Shown: piece by piece, positions 36,381 through 46,191 of the stretch
Position numbering within the stretch: the stretch's first letter is position 1
Layout of the letters: the number at the start of each line of letters is the position of its first letter
DNA from: Pseudonocardiaceae bacterium
GTDB taxonomy: Bacteria; Actinomycetota; Actinomycetes; Mycobacteriales; Pseudonocardiaceae
DNA: 61,475 nucleotides
NCBI GenBank assembly: GCA_036521655.1
Contig: DATDHI010000209.1
Span: 1 to 61,475 of the forward strand
Direction: 5' to 3'
Notes under the pieces: model-generated
Told to the model about the DNA's origin: nothing
Database searches by the model: none
What the model saw: the letters and a program-made list of their open reading frames with translations, nothing else
Position numbers and translations under genes: made by a program

Positions 36381-37388
36381 TCACACCCCTTCCACCGCGA
36401 ACCCGGTCCGGATCCATTTGCTCGACTCGATGGCGATGCCCAACGCCCGCTGTCCCGGCCTGATCCGCTGGGCGAGCAGGTCCAGCTGCACGAAGGGCAG
36501 TGCGTTGGCGTTGTTGCCGGTATCGGCGACACAGCTGACTTCCTCGGCGGCGTCCACCCCGAGCGCCTTGACGATGCTCGCGGTCATCCGGCCGGACAGC
36601 TGCGGCGGAAGCAGGTAGGCCAGATCCGCCATGGACCATCCGGTGCCCTCGAGCAGCAGGCGCAGGACGTCCTTGGCCATCGGTGGGACGCGCCGCTCGA
36701 TCGCTTTGTAGTCTTCGTGCACGGCCTGCTCGCCGGTGCCGGCGCCGGCGACGTTGAACCAGTTGACGACCTGGCCGGGCGGGCAACCGAGGCCGACGAA
36801 GTCGTTGACCACCAGCCGCAGCACCATGCAGGGCCGCACCTCATCGGGGGTGATCACAACAGCGCCCGCGCCGTCTCCGAAGATCACATAATTGACCAGC
36901 TCGGGGGCGGACAGTGCCGCGAAATCGCGCGCCACCAGGTGCTTGGAGCAACTGTCGGCGCCGATGACCAGCCCGGTCCGGCCGGTGGACTCGACGATCG
37001 CGGCCGCGACCTGGAGCGCTGCCACCGCGCCAGCGCAACCAGACTGCAGCTGGTAGGTGGGGACCTCGTGGATACCGAGTGCCTCGGCGACCAGGTTGAC
37101 CGTGGCCGGCATCAGGTGATCGGGAGTGGCGGTGGACAGCACCACGAAGTCCACATCGTGCGGTTCCAGGCCGGCCCTGGCCAGCGCCTGGCCCCCGGCC
37201 TGGGCGCCGAGGTCGGCCAAGGTGTGGGTGACCCGGCCGGTGGCCAGCTCGACGGCGAGGTAACGCTGCCTGGTGCCGATGAACGCCTCGATCCAGGCGG
37301 CGCTGGTGCCGAAGTGCTCGGCCATCGTGTCGTTGCCGATAGGGTCGTTGGGCAGCGCTGTCCCGGTCGCAGCGAGGTACGTGGTCAT
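36381..37388 (-). CDS. FabH-like KASIII (tetronate-forming RkD/Agg1-type candidate)
   Basis: 335 aa with active-site Cys in LQSGCAGAV and Asn in DTGNNANALPF. The HQAN His position reads LLPPQLSG. ATGA overlap with the PKS stop. Confidence 0.8.
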   Translation of the reverse strand: MTTYLAATGTALPNDPIGNDTMAEHFGTSAAWIEAFIGTRQRYLAVELATGRVTHTLADLGAQAGGQALARAGLEPHDVDFVVLSTATPDHLMPATVNLVAEALGIHEVPTYQLQSGCAGAVAALQVAAAIVESTGRTGLVIGADSCSKHLVARDFAALSAPELVNYVIFGDGAGAVVITPDEVRPCMVLRLVVNDFVGLGCPPGQVVNWFNVAGAGTGEQAVHEDYKAIERRVPPMAKDVLRLLLEGTGWSMADLAYLLPPQLSGRMTASIVKALGVDAAEEVSCVADTGNNANALPFVQLDLLAQRIRPGQRALGIAIESSKWIRTGFAVEGV

Positions 37389-40354
37389 GTCGCTCCCTTC
37401 CCGGGGGTGGGCTGGTACCGATCGAGGATGAAGCTCAGGAGGTCTTCGACGGTGGCGATGTTCTCCAGCAGATCGGCCGCCAGCAGCGGTTGCTCCAGGC
37501 CGAGGAGGTCCCGCAGCCGGTCGGTGAGCTGCACGACCATGATCGAGTCGTAGCCGAGATCCTCTTGCAGTTTGGCCGTGGGATGCAGGTCGCCGACGTG
37601 GTAGCCGCCGACGGCGGCCACCGTGGCCAACACTTGCCGGGCGAATGCGGATCCGTTGCCCCGGCCTGCCCCAGCCAGCTCCGCAGCAGCCTCCCTAGTG
37701 GCGGCTCCGGCGGCATTTTCCGGGGCGAGGGCGGAGGTGGCCGCGGTGCTGGGGTGGGCCGAGGTCCAGAAGCGCGGCCCCGGGTCGAACGCGTACCCGG
37801 GCAGCCGCAGCGGCTCGCGCTCCTGCGGTCCGTACAACTCGGCCCAGCGGGGCACCAGCCCGTCCCGATGCAGCACCGCAAGGACCTCGGCAAGCTCGCG
37901 ACCCGTGGCGGCCGGGCCTGGGCACGGTGCCAGCAGCTCCAGCCTCAGCGCTGCCGGTATCTGGCGGGCCAGCGACAGCAGCACCGACCGCGGGCCGACC
38001 TCCACCAGGTGGGTGGGCCCGCGGCTGATCACCGCTTCCAGCGCGGCGGAGAACAGCACGGGCTGGCAGACCTGCTCGGCCCAGTACCCGGCATCCATCT
38101 CCGCGCCGTGGATGAACCGTCCGCGCACCGTCGAGGCGATCGGGATAGCGGGCGCGCGGGCGGCCACCCCCGCGGCGAGCGCCCGTAACGGCTCGGCCAC
38201 GGACACCACCAGCGGTGAGTGGAATGCGTGCGAGACCGTCAGCGGTGTGCTGTGCACGCCTGCCTCGGCGAGCCCGGCGGCGATCCGGTGCACCGCGCTG
38301 TCCTCGCCGGAGATCACGACGCTGCGGGGGCCGTTCACCGCGGCGATGCCGACCCGGCGCTCTGGCTCAAGCAGCGCCTCGATGTCCCGAGCACCGGCAT
38401 GCACCGCGAGCATGCCGCCACGCTCGGGCAGCGCCTGCAGGAGGCCACCGCGACCGACCACCAGCCGGCAGGCGTCCTCCAGGGTGAGCACGCCGGCCAG
38501 GCAGGCCGCGGCGAACTCGCCGACGCTGTGGCCCACCATCGCGATCGGTGCCACGCCCAGGTCCAGCAGTGTCGCGCCGAGTGCGTACTCCACCGCGAAG
38601 AGCGCTGGCTGGGTCAGCTCGGTCCGGTGCAGCTCCTCGCCACCGTCACACAGCACCGACCGGATCGAGCGGCCCAGGTGCGGCCGCATCGCCGTATCCA
38701 CTTCGTCGAGCCTGCGGCGGTAGGGCAGGCACGCTGCCTGCAGTGCCTGGGTCATCCCCGGGTACTGCGCGCCCTGGCCGGTGAACAGCAGCGCCACCTG
38801 CGGTGGACCGGCGTCGCGCCGAGCAGCACGGTCCAGCGCTGCGTCGTTGGCCAGCATCTCCCGCAGGTAGTTCAGCAACTGATCCCGGCTGTCCACCGCG
38901 ACGGCCAACCGGTATCGCAACGTCGACTTGACCTGGTTGGTGGCGTGGCAGAATTGCGTGAGCCGCTCTTCGGGCGCCCGGCCGAGAGCCTCGGATATCA
39001 GGGCGACGTTGCGCCGCAACCCAGCACGGTTGTTCGCCGAGACCGTCAGCACACCGGTACCGCTGCGCCGGGCCGGGCGCCGCACCGCAGGCGCGCAGCA
39101 CAGCGCAACGTGCGCGTTGGCGCCACCCAGTCCGAAACTGCTCACCCCCGCCCGCACCGTCCCCCGAGGCAGCCGGATCGCTGATCGGGCCAACTCCAGC
39201 CCAGCATCGGCCAGCCGCAGTTCCGGGTTCTCGGGCGCGCTGAGCAGGCTCGACGGCAGCACCCGCCGGTCCAGGGCGAGGCAAGCCTTGATCAGGCCGG
39301 CGATCCCGGCGGCGCCCTCGGCGTGGCTGAGGTTGCCCTTGACCGAGCCCAATGCGCACGGCCTGGCCCGGTCCGCGCCGTGCAGCTCTCCCAGCGCCCG
39401 TACCTCGATCATGTCGCCGAGCCGGGTTCCGGTGCCATGGGCCTCGACGAAGGTGATGTCAGCGGGATCCACGCCGGCGCGGTGGTATGCCTGTGCCAGC
39501 ACGTCCCGCTGGGCCCACCGGTTCGGCGCGGTGATGCCGTTGCTGCGCCCGTTGGAGTTGACTGCGCTACCCTCGATCAGCGCGTAGATCATCTGGTTGT
39601 CAGCCAGCGCCTCGTCCAACCGGCGAAGCACGACGAGCCCGACGCCCTCACATCGCCCGATCCCGTCAGCGTCTGCGCTGAACGGCTTGCACCGGCCGTC
39701 GGGCGCGGACAGCCCGGACTGCGTGTAGAAGATCGACAATGCCGGGGTCAGGACGAGGTTCACCCCACCGGCGATCGCCAGGTCGCATTCACCGCTGCGC
39801 AGCGCCATGGCAGCCAGGTGCACCGCCACCAGTGATGACGAGCACGCGGTGTCCACCGCGACGCTGGGCCCCCGCAGATCCAGGTGGTAGGAGATGCGGT
39901 TGGCCGCCATGTAGTACCCATTGCCTGAGCCGCCCTGCGCGGTCATCTTGCGGAAGTCCGACAACTGCAGAGCTGCCCACTCACCGGACATGATCCCGAC
40001 GTGCACACTGGTGCGGCTGCCCGCCAGCGAGGTCGGCGGGAGCCCGGCGTCCTCCAGCGCCCGCCACGCGGTCTGCAGCACCAGCCGATGCTGCGGGTCC
40101 ATCGCGGCCGCCTCACGCGGCGAGATTCCGAAGAACTCGTGGTCGAATGCATCCTGGTCGGCCAGGAAGCCACCGAAGCGGGTATTGGTGGTCCCGGCCC
40201 GTCCGTCAGCGGCGTAGAAGTCCTCGGCACGCCAGCGCTGCTGCGGCACCGGCCCGATCCCGTCGCCACCGCGGATCAGCATGTCGAAGAACGCGTCGGG
40301 ATCCGCAGCACCCGGAAACCGGCAGTCCATCCCGACGACCGCTATCGGGGTCAA
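37385..40354 (-). CDS. single-module type I PKS (KS-AT-ACP)
   Basis: 989 aa. KS: VDTACSSSLVAVHLA, EAHGTGT. AT: GHSVGEFAA plus VSHAFHS (malonyl-type HAFH). ACP: LGYDSIMVV. TTG 40354 has a TTGA overlap with the upstream ACP stop. Confidence 0.9.
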   Translation of the reverse strand: MTPIAVVGMDCRFPGAADPDAFFDMLIRGGDGIGPVPQQRWRAEDFYAADGRAGTTNTRFGGFLADQDAFDHEFFGISPREAAAMDPQHRLVLQTAWRALEDAGLPPTSLAGSRTSVHVGIMSGEWAALQLSDFRKMTAQGGSGNGYYMAANRISYHLDLRGPSVAVDTACSSSLVAVHLAAMALRSGECDLAIAGGVNLVLTPALSIFYTQSGLSAPDGRCKPFSADADGIGRCEGVGLVVLRRLDEALADNQMIYALIEGSAVNSNGRSNGITAPNRWAQRDVLAQAYHRAGVDPADITFVEAHGTGTRLGDMIEVRALGELHGADRARPCALGSVKGNLSHAEGAAGIAGLIKACLALDRRVLPSSLLSAPENPELRLADAGLELARSAIRLPRGTVRAGVSSFGLGGANAHVALCCAPAVRRPARRSGTGVLTVSANNRAGLRRNVALISEALGRAPEERLTQFCHATNQVKSTLRYRLAVAVDSRDQLLNYLREMLANDAALDRAARRDAGPPQVALLFTGQGAQYPGMTQALQAACLPYRRRLDEVDTAMRPHLGRSIRSVLCDGGEELHRTELTQPALFAVEYALGATLLDLGVAPIAMVGHSVGEFAAACLAGVLTLEDACRLVVGRGGLLQALPERGGMLAVHAGARDIEALLEPERRVGIAAVNGPRSVVISGEDSAVHRIAAGLAEAGVHSTPLTVSHAFHSPLVVSVAEPLRALAAGVAARAPAIPIASTVRGRFIHGAEMDAGYWAEQVCQPVLFSAALEAVISRGPTHLVEVGPRSVLLSLARQIPAALRLELLAPCPGPAATGRELAEVLAVLHRDGLVPRWAELYGPQEREPLRLPGYAFDPGPRFWTSAHPSTAATSALAPENAAGAATREAAAELAGAGRGNGSAFARQVLATVAAVGGYHVGDLHPTAKLQEDLGYDSIMVVQLTDRLRDLLGLEQPLLAADLLENIATVEDLLSFILDRYQPTPGKGAT

Positions 40355-40623
40355 GAGGCTGCCTGCTCGTCGTCGGAGAGCTTCCCGTGCAGGTGACCGG
40401 CCAGCGCCGTGACGGTCGGGTAGTCCCAGGCCAGGGTGGGCTCGACGACCAGGCCCAGGTCGTCCTCGATCTCAGCGCACAGGGTCAGCGCGTACACCGA
40501 GTCCAGGCCGTACTCGGCCAGTGGGCGCGAGGGGTCGATCTCGGCAGGGTCGACCTTGAGGTATGAAGCCACTTTCCCGGTCAGCCATCGCCCGACGCTG
40601 GTTGGGCTGGGAACCGCTGTCAT
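40351..40623 (-). CDS. acyl carrier protein (starter-acyl carrier candidate)
   Basis: EYGLDSVYALTL is the phosphopantetheine site. ATG 40623 was chosen because AGGAGG lies 8 nt upstream, whereas ATG 40629 is only 2 nt from it. Confidence 0.8.
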   Translation of the reverse strand: MTAVPSPTSVGRWLTGKVASYLKVDPAEIDPSRPLAEYGLDSVYALTLCAEIEDDLGLVVEPTLAWDYPTVTALAGHLHGKLSDDEQAAS

Positions 40624-40660
40624 GATCATCGTCCTCCTGGTGTCGGGCTCGGCCGCCGGA

Positions 40661-42397
40661 TCAGGCCGCGCCGGGCAACGTCCGGGACACGAGCTCGTCG
40701 CTCAGCCCGAAGCCGCGGCGCTCGCCGGCCCGGCGCAGCAGCTCGGCGTACAGAGCGTCGTCGAGTTCGGTGGGCACTGGCGCCGGGTGCCTGCCGATGC
40801 GGTGCAGCAGCCGGCTCAACGCGGCCTGCAGCCAGGCTGTCCCGGCTGGACCGAGCTGCCCGGGGTGGTGCGTCCACACTCCAATGCAGGCCGCAGCCGC
40901 GAGCAGCGTCGCGTAGCGGTCGGTCAGCGCCAGGCTGGCCGGGCCGGCGAGCACACCGCGCTCGCCGGGCGGGATGCCGGCCGCGTCGCGGCTCAGCTCG
41001 CGCATCGCCACCACCAACTCCGCAGCGAGGGCCCCCAGCCCGGCTTCCCCACCGTGCTCGGACCGCATGGTGTCCACCGCCGCAGGCAGGGCGGCCAGCA
41101 GCGGGTCGGGCTGGGGGTTGCCCATGGGGCTGGTCGGCCCGAGCTGGTCGGGTTCCCACGGCGGCACCGGTCCGCTGGGGTCGAACAGCTCCGGTGGGGC
41201 CTCGGCAGACTCCGGCAGCGCCCGCATCAGCCCTGGCAGCTGCCGCAACACGGTCAGCTGGGAGGGCAACCCGCCGCCGAGCACGATGCCGAGCGCGGGC
41301 AAGTCGCGCATGTGCTTACCGAACACGGCGTGCTCACCCTCGCGCAGGTAGCACCTGGCGCCGAGCACGACCGCCAGGTTGTTGACCGCTTCCTCCAGCA
41401 TCAGCGGCACCAGATACTTGGTGGCGGCCGAGTACACGTCGGCGTTCACCGGTAGCAGGTGCACTGCTCGGGCCGCGGCCGTGACCAGGCAGTCGGCGAT
41501 CAGCAGGTCGGTGAACGCGCTGGCGAGCACGGCGCGGGCGTGCGAGAAGTCACCCACGCAGCGCCCGTACAGCCGGCGGGCTACCGCGAACCGGAGCACG
41601 GTGAACAGCGCGCCATCCACCATGCCCAGCCCGATGCCTGCCGCCACGCAGCGGCTGACCGGCAAGGATGGTCGTGCGACCGGCATGCCCTCACCGACCA
41701 TGCCGATCATGGCCTGCTCGGGCACCGGGCAGCTGTCGAAGGAGAGCCCGCCGATCTGGCAGCCCCGGATCCCGTCGGTCCGCCAACGGGGCAGCCGGCT
41801 CAGGCACCCGGCCGGCAGCTCGGCCAGCTGGACCAGGAGCAGGGAGTGGCTGCCACCGGACCTACTGTCCCCGATGCCGGCGACCACGACAGCGGCCTGA
41901 GCCCGGCCCGCGTTGTTGATCACCTCCTGGCGGCCGGTGAGCCGGATTTGCGGCCCGTGGCGCGCGGCGCGCAGCGCGGGCTGTCTCAAGTCCGGGCCGA
42001 TGGTGAGCTCGTGGTGTGCACCAGACACCTTGCCCCCGCCCGGTCCCCCGGCCAGTAACAGCTCAGCCAGGCGCTTGCGAGCGACCTCAGAGTCGCTCAA
42101 CCACACGGCGCTGGCCGCCATGAAAGAGTCGACGCCGTAGCCGACCCCCAGCGCAGCGTCCCGGCGGAACACCGGGCGGAGCCGGCGCACCAGTGCGTCG
42201 GTCGACTCGAGGCGGCCGCCCAGCTCGCGAGGCACGAATTCGGCGTTGGCGTTCCAGCCGTCCAGCAACCGCTCGCCGGCCGCGAAGAGCTGGCGCCGCT
42301 CGTCGTCGGCCATGATCGCGGCATGGCCGACGGGGTTGTCCGGCTGGTACGGGTCGCCGAACAACGTCTCCAGGCAAGGCGATGATTGCACGGCCAT
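40661..42397 (-). CDS. acyl-CoA/ACP dehydrogenase-like protein, apparently lacking the catalytic carboxylate
   Basis: Track ORF trimmed to ATG 42397 (TGATG overlap). 578 aa, colinear with the upstream ACAD. The catalytic-base position (canonical YEGT) reads IVLGGGL. Confidence 0.7.
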   Translation of the reverse strand: MAVQSSPCLETLFGDPYQPDNPVGHAAIMADDERRQLFAAGERLLDGWNANAEFVPRELGGRLESTDALVRRLRPVFRRDAALGVGYGVDSFMAASAVWLSDSEVARKRLAELLLAGGPGGGKVSGAHHELTIGPDLRQPALRAARHGPQIRLTGRQEVINNAGRAQAAVVVAGIGDSRSGGSHSLLLVQLAELPAGCLSRLPRWRTDGIRGCQIGGLSFDSCPVPEQAMIGMVGEGMPVARPSLPVSRCVAAGIGLGMVDGALFTVLRFAVARRLYGRCVGDFSHARAVLASAFTDLLIADCLVTAAARAVHLLPVNADVYSAATKYLVPLMLEEAVNNLAVVLGARCYLREGEHAVFGKHMRDLPALGIVLGGGLPSQLTVLRQLPGLMRALPESAEAPPELFDPSGPVPPWEPDQLGPTSPMGNPQPDPLLAALPAAVDTMRSEHGGEAGLGALAAELVVAMRELSRDAAGIPPGERGVLAGPASLALTDRYATLLAAAACIGVWTHHPGQLGPAGTAWLQAALSRLLHRIGRHPAPVPTELDDALYAELLRRAGERRGFGLSDELVSRTLPGAA

Positions 42398-44148
42398 CAC
42401 CGCAGCTCCCCATCCGGTTGCGGGCTGGAGAACAGCGACGGCGCCACTCCGCTGGCCACCTGCCGTCCCAGCACATGCAGCAGCACGTCGTGGGGCACCC
42501 GCTGGATATGCGAGGAATCGCCCAGCGCGACGAGCACCCGGGACAGGCACGCGTGCAGCCATCCGCCGTGGCACCACAGTGCAGCGGTCACACTCCCGCG
42601 CCGGGCGGCTGCGTCCCGGTTGCGCAGCCACAACAGCAGCGCGGCCGCGCCCGCCATGGCAGTGGCGAGCCTGCCAGCGAGATCGAAGGCGACCGGCGGC
42701 ATGTCGAGGCGGGCCGGCGGAAGCTGGTCCATCAACCGGTGCAGGGTGCCGACCGCGGCATCTAGGCGGCGCGCGGCGTCGGCCACGCTGTCCAGCTCGG
42801 GTTCACTACGGCGCAGCGCGGTGAGCTCCTCAACGGCCGCGGGGAGCGCCAGCAGCAGGCTGCAGCCGCGCGTGGCCACCAGCGAGAGCCGGCCGAGGTC
42901 ACCGTCGGGAAGATTTTGCGACAGCTCGCAACAGGTGCGCAACCCGGCCGCCGGCGGCCGGCCAGCCTCCCGGGCACGGACCAGCAGCGGGAACTGGCCG
43001 ATCAGAGTGGTCAGGTTGACCAGAGTGTTGCCGTCGAACAGAGACACGATCCGGTGGTCCCGCTCTACCTTGCCGAACATGCCCCCCTCGGGGCCGCCGG
43101 CCAGCAGGACGCGGGGGCCCAGCAACCGTCGCAGCCGCGCGATCATGGCCTCCGCGCGGACCGGGAGGACGTACTTGATCGCCGCCGCGATCACGCTTAG
43201 CTCCGGGGTGAGGGTCTGGATCGCGCGGCCCGCGACGACGCAGAATGCCTCGGCCAGCAGGTGGTCGGCGTAGCACTCGGCCAGCGTCGTGGCCATCCAA
43301 GGCGCCTCGAGCAGGCAGCACCCGGAGACCTCCCGGCGATCGGCGACCCGCATCGCCAGCCGCAGTGCGTGGTCGGTGCCGCCCACCGACAGCGCGGCGC
43401 ACAGCGTCCGGGTCAGCTGCAAGGCCTTGAGCACGGTCTCCAGGCCGCTGCCCTCCGGCCCGATCATGTTGGCACTGGTCACCTTCACGCGTTCCAGCCG
43501 GAACCCGCTGACGTCCACTCCCCGGATGCCGTGGGTGGGCACCTTGGGCAGCCAGCGCACGCCGCCAGCCGGTACCCGGGCCTTCTCGACGAGGAACAGG
43601 CTGAAGCCCCGGGGACCGCCCTCGTCACGGGTCCTGGCCAGCACGCACAGTGTGCTGCTGCGGATGGCGTTGTTGATCAGCCACTTCTCGCCGGTCAACC
43701 GGTACCCAATGCCGGTCCGGATGGCCCTCACCTCGCCCGCCAGCAGGTCGCTGCCGTGCTCCCGCTCGGTCAGCGCCCACGCGACCGGCTCGCCCGCGCC
43801 GATGATCGACGCCAGCCGGAGCCCCTGCGCGGCGTTGCCGGCGACCCAGACACACACCGCACCGAGGTAGCTCGCGCTGTGCCCGATCGCCACGGTGAGG
43901 TCGCGGCGGGCCAGCGCGCGCACCAGTTGTATCGAGGTGTCGTAGTCGGCCAGCCGACCGCCGTGGCGGGCCGGCACGTAGTAATGCTGCAGGCCGAAGT
44001 CCTCCAGCTGGCGGCAGATCTCGGCCGGGAACTGTTCGTCATCGTCCAGAGCGAGGCAGCGCCGGTAGCTGAAGACCGTCTGCGGGTCGCTGGGATCACC
44101 GAGGTGATGTTCCAGCCGATGCACCTCGGCCAGCGCAGGATAGGGCAT
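42397..44148 (-). CDS. acyl-CoA/ACP dehydrogenase family protein
   Basis: 583 aa with ALTEREHGSDL, LTGEKWLINNA and GPEGSGLETV. The catalytic-base position reads SLFDGNT (Asp instead of Glu). Confidence 0.8.
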   Translation of the reverse strand: MPYPALAEVHRLEHHLGDPSDPQTVFSYRRCLALDDDEQFPAEICRQLEDFGLQHYYVPARHGGRLADYDTSIQLVRALARRDLTVAIGHSASYLGAVCVWVAGNAAQGLRLASIIGAGEPVAWALTEREHGSDLLAGEVRAIRTGIGYRLTGEKWLINNAIRSSTLCVLARTRDEGGPRGFSLFLVEKARVPAGGVRWLPKVPTHGIRGVDVSGFRLERVKVTSANMIGPEGSGLETVLKALQLTRTLCAALSVGGTDHALRLAMRVADRREVSGCCLLEAPWMATTLAECYADHLLAEAFCVVAGRAIQTLTPELSVIAAAIKYVLPVRAEAMIARLRRLLGPRVLLAGGPEGGMFGKVERDHRIVSLFDGNTLVNLTTLIGQFPLLVRAREAGRPPAAGLRTCCELSQNLPDGDLGRLSLVATRGCSLLLALPAAVEELTALRRSEPELDSVADAARRLDAAVGTLHRLMDQLPPARLDMPPVAFDLAGRLATAMAGAAALLLWLRNRDAAARRGSVTAALWCHGGWLHACLSRVLVALGDSSHIQRVPHDVLLHVLGRQVASGVAPSLFSSPQPDGELR

Positions 44149-44151
44149 GGC

Positions 44152-45873
44152 TCAGCCCACCGTTCCGGTGGCCGGGACCCGCTCGTCCGTCAGCTCGGAC
44201 AGGCCCCCGTCGATAAACCGCTGGCACATGGTGCGGCGCTGCACCTTGCCGCTCGTAGTCCGGGACACCGTGCCGGGCCTGACGAACACCACCCGGGACA
44301 GATACAGGTCGAACTCGGCGCGGATGCGCGCCCTGACCGCTGCGGCCAGCTCGGGCAGCAGGATGCCGCCAAGTTGACTGCTCCGCACCTCCTGCACGAG
44401 CACGACCGGCCCGCCGGTCGCCTCGATCGTGAAGGCCGACGCCATGAGCAGTGCCGGGTGCAGGCCGGCTACGGCGCGCTCGAGGTCCTGCGGGTACAGG
44501 TTGCGGCCGTTGACGATGAGCATCTCCTTGATGCGACCGGTGACGTACAGCTGGCCCTCGAGCACCGCGCCGAGATCGCCGGTGCGCAGGAAGCCGGTCC
44601 GGCCGTCCACGGTGGCCGCCCGGAAGGTCGCCGCCGTCAGCTCGGGCTGGCGCCAGTAGCCCGCCGCGACACTGCTACCCCGCAGCCAGATCTCCCCGAC
44701 GGCACCGTCGGGAAGCACCTTGTGGCTGGCCGGGTCGACAATCTGGACCTCGGGATCCCCGCTGACCGGTCCGCTGCTGACCAACCGGCATCCAGATGTC
44801 CCCGACGGCGGCTCCACGAGCCGGTCGCGGTGCAGCGCCGCTGCATCGACGCCCCTGCTGACGACCCCTTGCCCAGCCCGACCGGTCACGTACAGCGTCG
44901 CCTCGGCGAGCCCGTAGCAGGGCACCAGCGCTGTGGGGCGCAGCCCAGCCGGCCCGAACCGAGCCAGGAACGCATCCAGAGTGTCTGCGTGCAATGGCTC
45001 CGCGCCATTGAGCATCGTGGTCATGCAGGATAGGTCCAGGCCCGCGAGCTGCTCGTCGGTAATCCGGCGGATCGCCAGGTCGAAGGCGAAGTTGGGTGCC
45101 ATCGTCGCGGTGGCTCGTAACTCACTGATCGCCTGCAGCCAGCGATATGGTCGCTTCAAGAAGTCGACCGGCGACAGGATCCCCATGGTGCAACCGGCGA
45201 ACAGGGCTTGCAGCCCTCCGATCAGCCCCATGTCGTGGTAGTGCGGTAGCCAACTGACGATCACCGAGTCCGGGCCGGTGGCCAGCGCCCGGCTGATCAA
45301 CCGCTCGTTGTGCAGCAGGTTGCCCCAGGTGATCACCACCCCTTTGGGTTCGCTGGTCGACCCGGAGGTGTACTGCAGCAGCGCCACGTCATCCGGTGAG
45401 TGCCGGACTGGCGGCGACCAGCCCGGGCTCTCGGGTAGTTCCGGGTCATCGGTGCTCTGGCAGCGCAGCAGTCCGGCCGTCCGGGCCCACCTCGACACCG
45501 AAAGGCATCTCCCCTCGGTCAGCACCAGGCTCGGTGCAGCGTCCGCGACGATCCCGGCAAGCCTGCCCACCCCGCGCCCATCGGCCTCCGGTAAGGGTGC
45601 GGGCACGGCGACCATGCCCGCGTACAGGCAGCCCAAGAGCCCGACCGTGAACTCCAGCCCTGGAGGGTGCAGCAGCAGCACCCGGTCTCCGGCGGCGGCG
45701 TCGCGTTGCAACCGGGCCCCGACCCGGCCGGCGCGGAGACTCAGTTCCCGGTAGATCAGGGAGGACCGGCCCACCTCCGGCCTGGGCTCCCGCAGGTGGA
45801 TCAACGCCGTCTTGTCGCCCTGCCTCACGGCCCACTGCTGGACGATCTCGACGAAGTCACGCTGCGGTTCCAT
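44152..45873 (-). CDS. fatty acyl-AMP ligase (FAAL/FadD-type adenylating enzyme)
   Basis: Track ORF trimmed to ATG 45873 (RBS GGGAGG). LQYTSGSTSEPKGV, FLRTGDLG and SGKVQR. It heads an operon with carrier proteins and no CoA-related genes. Confidence 0.8.
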   Translation of the reverse strand: MEPQRDFVEIVQQWAVRQGDKTALIHLREPRPEVGRSSLIYRELSLRAGRVGARLQRDAAAGDRVLLLHPPGLEFTVGLLGCLYAGMVAVPAPLPEADGRGVGRLAGIVADAAPSLVLTEGRCLSVSRWARTAGLLRCQSTDDPELPESPGWSPPVRHSPDDVALLQYTSGSTSEPKGVVITWGNLLHNERLISRALATGPDSVIVSWLPHYHDMGLIGGLQALFAGCTMGILSPVDFLKRPYRWLQAISELRATATMAPNFAFDLAIRRITDEQLAGLDLSCMTTMLNGAEPLHADTLDAFLARFGPAGLRPTALVPCYGLAEATLYVTGRAGQGVVSRGVDAAALHRDRLVEPPSGTSGCRLVSSGPVSGDPEVQIVDPASHKVLPDGAVGEIWLRGSSVAAGYWRQPELTAATFRAATVDGRTGFLRTGDLGAVLEGQLYVTGRIKEMLIVNGRNLYPQDLERAVAGLHPALLMASAFTIEATGGPVVLVQEVRSSQLGGILLPELAAAVRARIRAEFDLYLSRVVFVRPGTVSRTTSGKVQRRTMCQRFIDGGLSELTDERVPATGTVG

Positions 45874-46191
45874 GTGACCTCCCGCCTGTCCATAGACCAG
45901 CACTAGCCCAGCATCGGCCGGGCGTCTAAAGCCGATTGAGAAACGCGCCAAAGCACGGCTTATGCTGCGCTTAGGAAGAATCGAGCGACCGGCTCGTGGC
46001 GCCCGATGATCGCGCGAGGAGAGCTACACCAGACGTGCAGCGTGCGGCAGGTCGCGATACTCTTCGGCAAGCCTGGGTGGGAGGACGCGTCGCCGCGATG
46101 AGCTCTAGGGCACGACATGGAATCGTAACCATCTGGCGTGAGCGGACAGTTGGGCCCCGATAACTAGTGGTGAAGATTCGGGGCCTCTGGG

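Noticed and set aside
20721-45033. Other long antisense ORFs, e.g. 20721..22223(-), 25328..27301(-), 35601..37553(+), 43261..45033(+), 38219..39184(+)
   Set aside because: Each lies opposite a gene with clear catalytic motifs (LarC, LarA-like, FkbH/KASIII, ACAD/FAAL, PKS). Each has Arg/Gly/Pro/His-rich low-complexity translations, so I treat them as GC-driven open frames.
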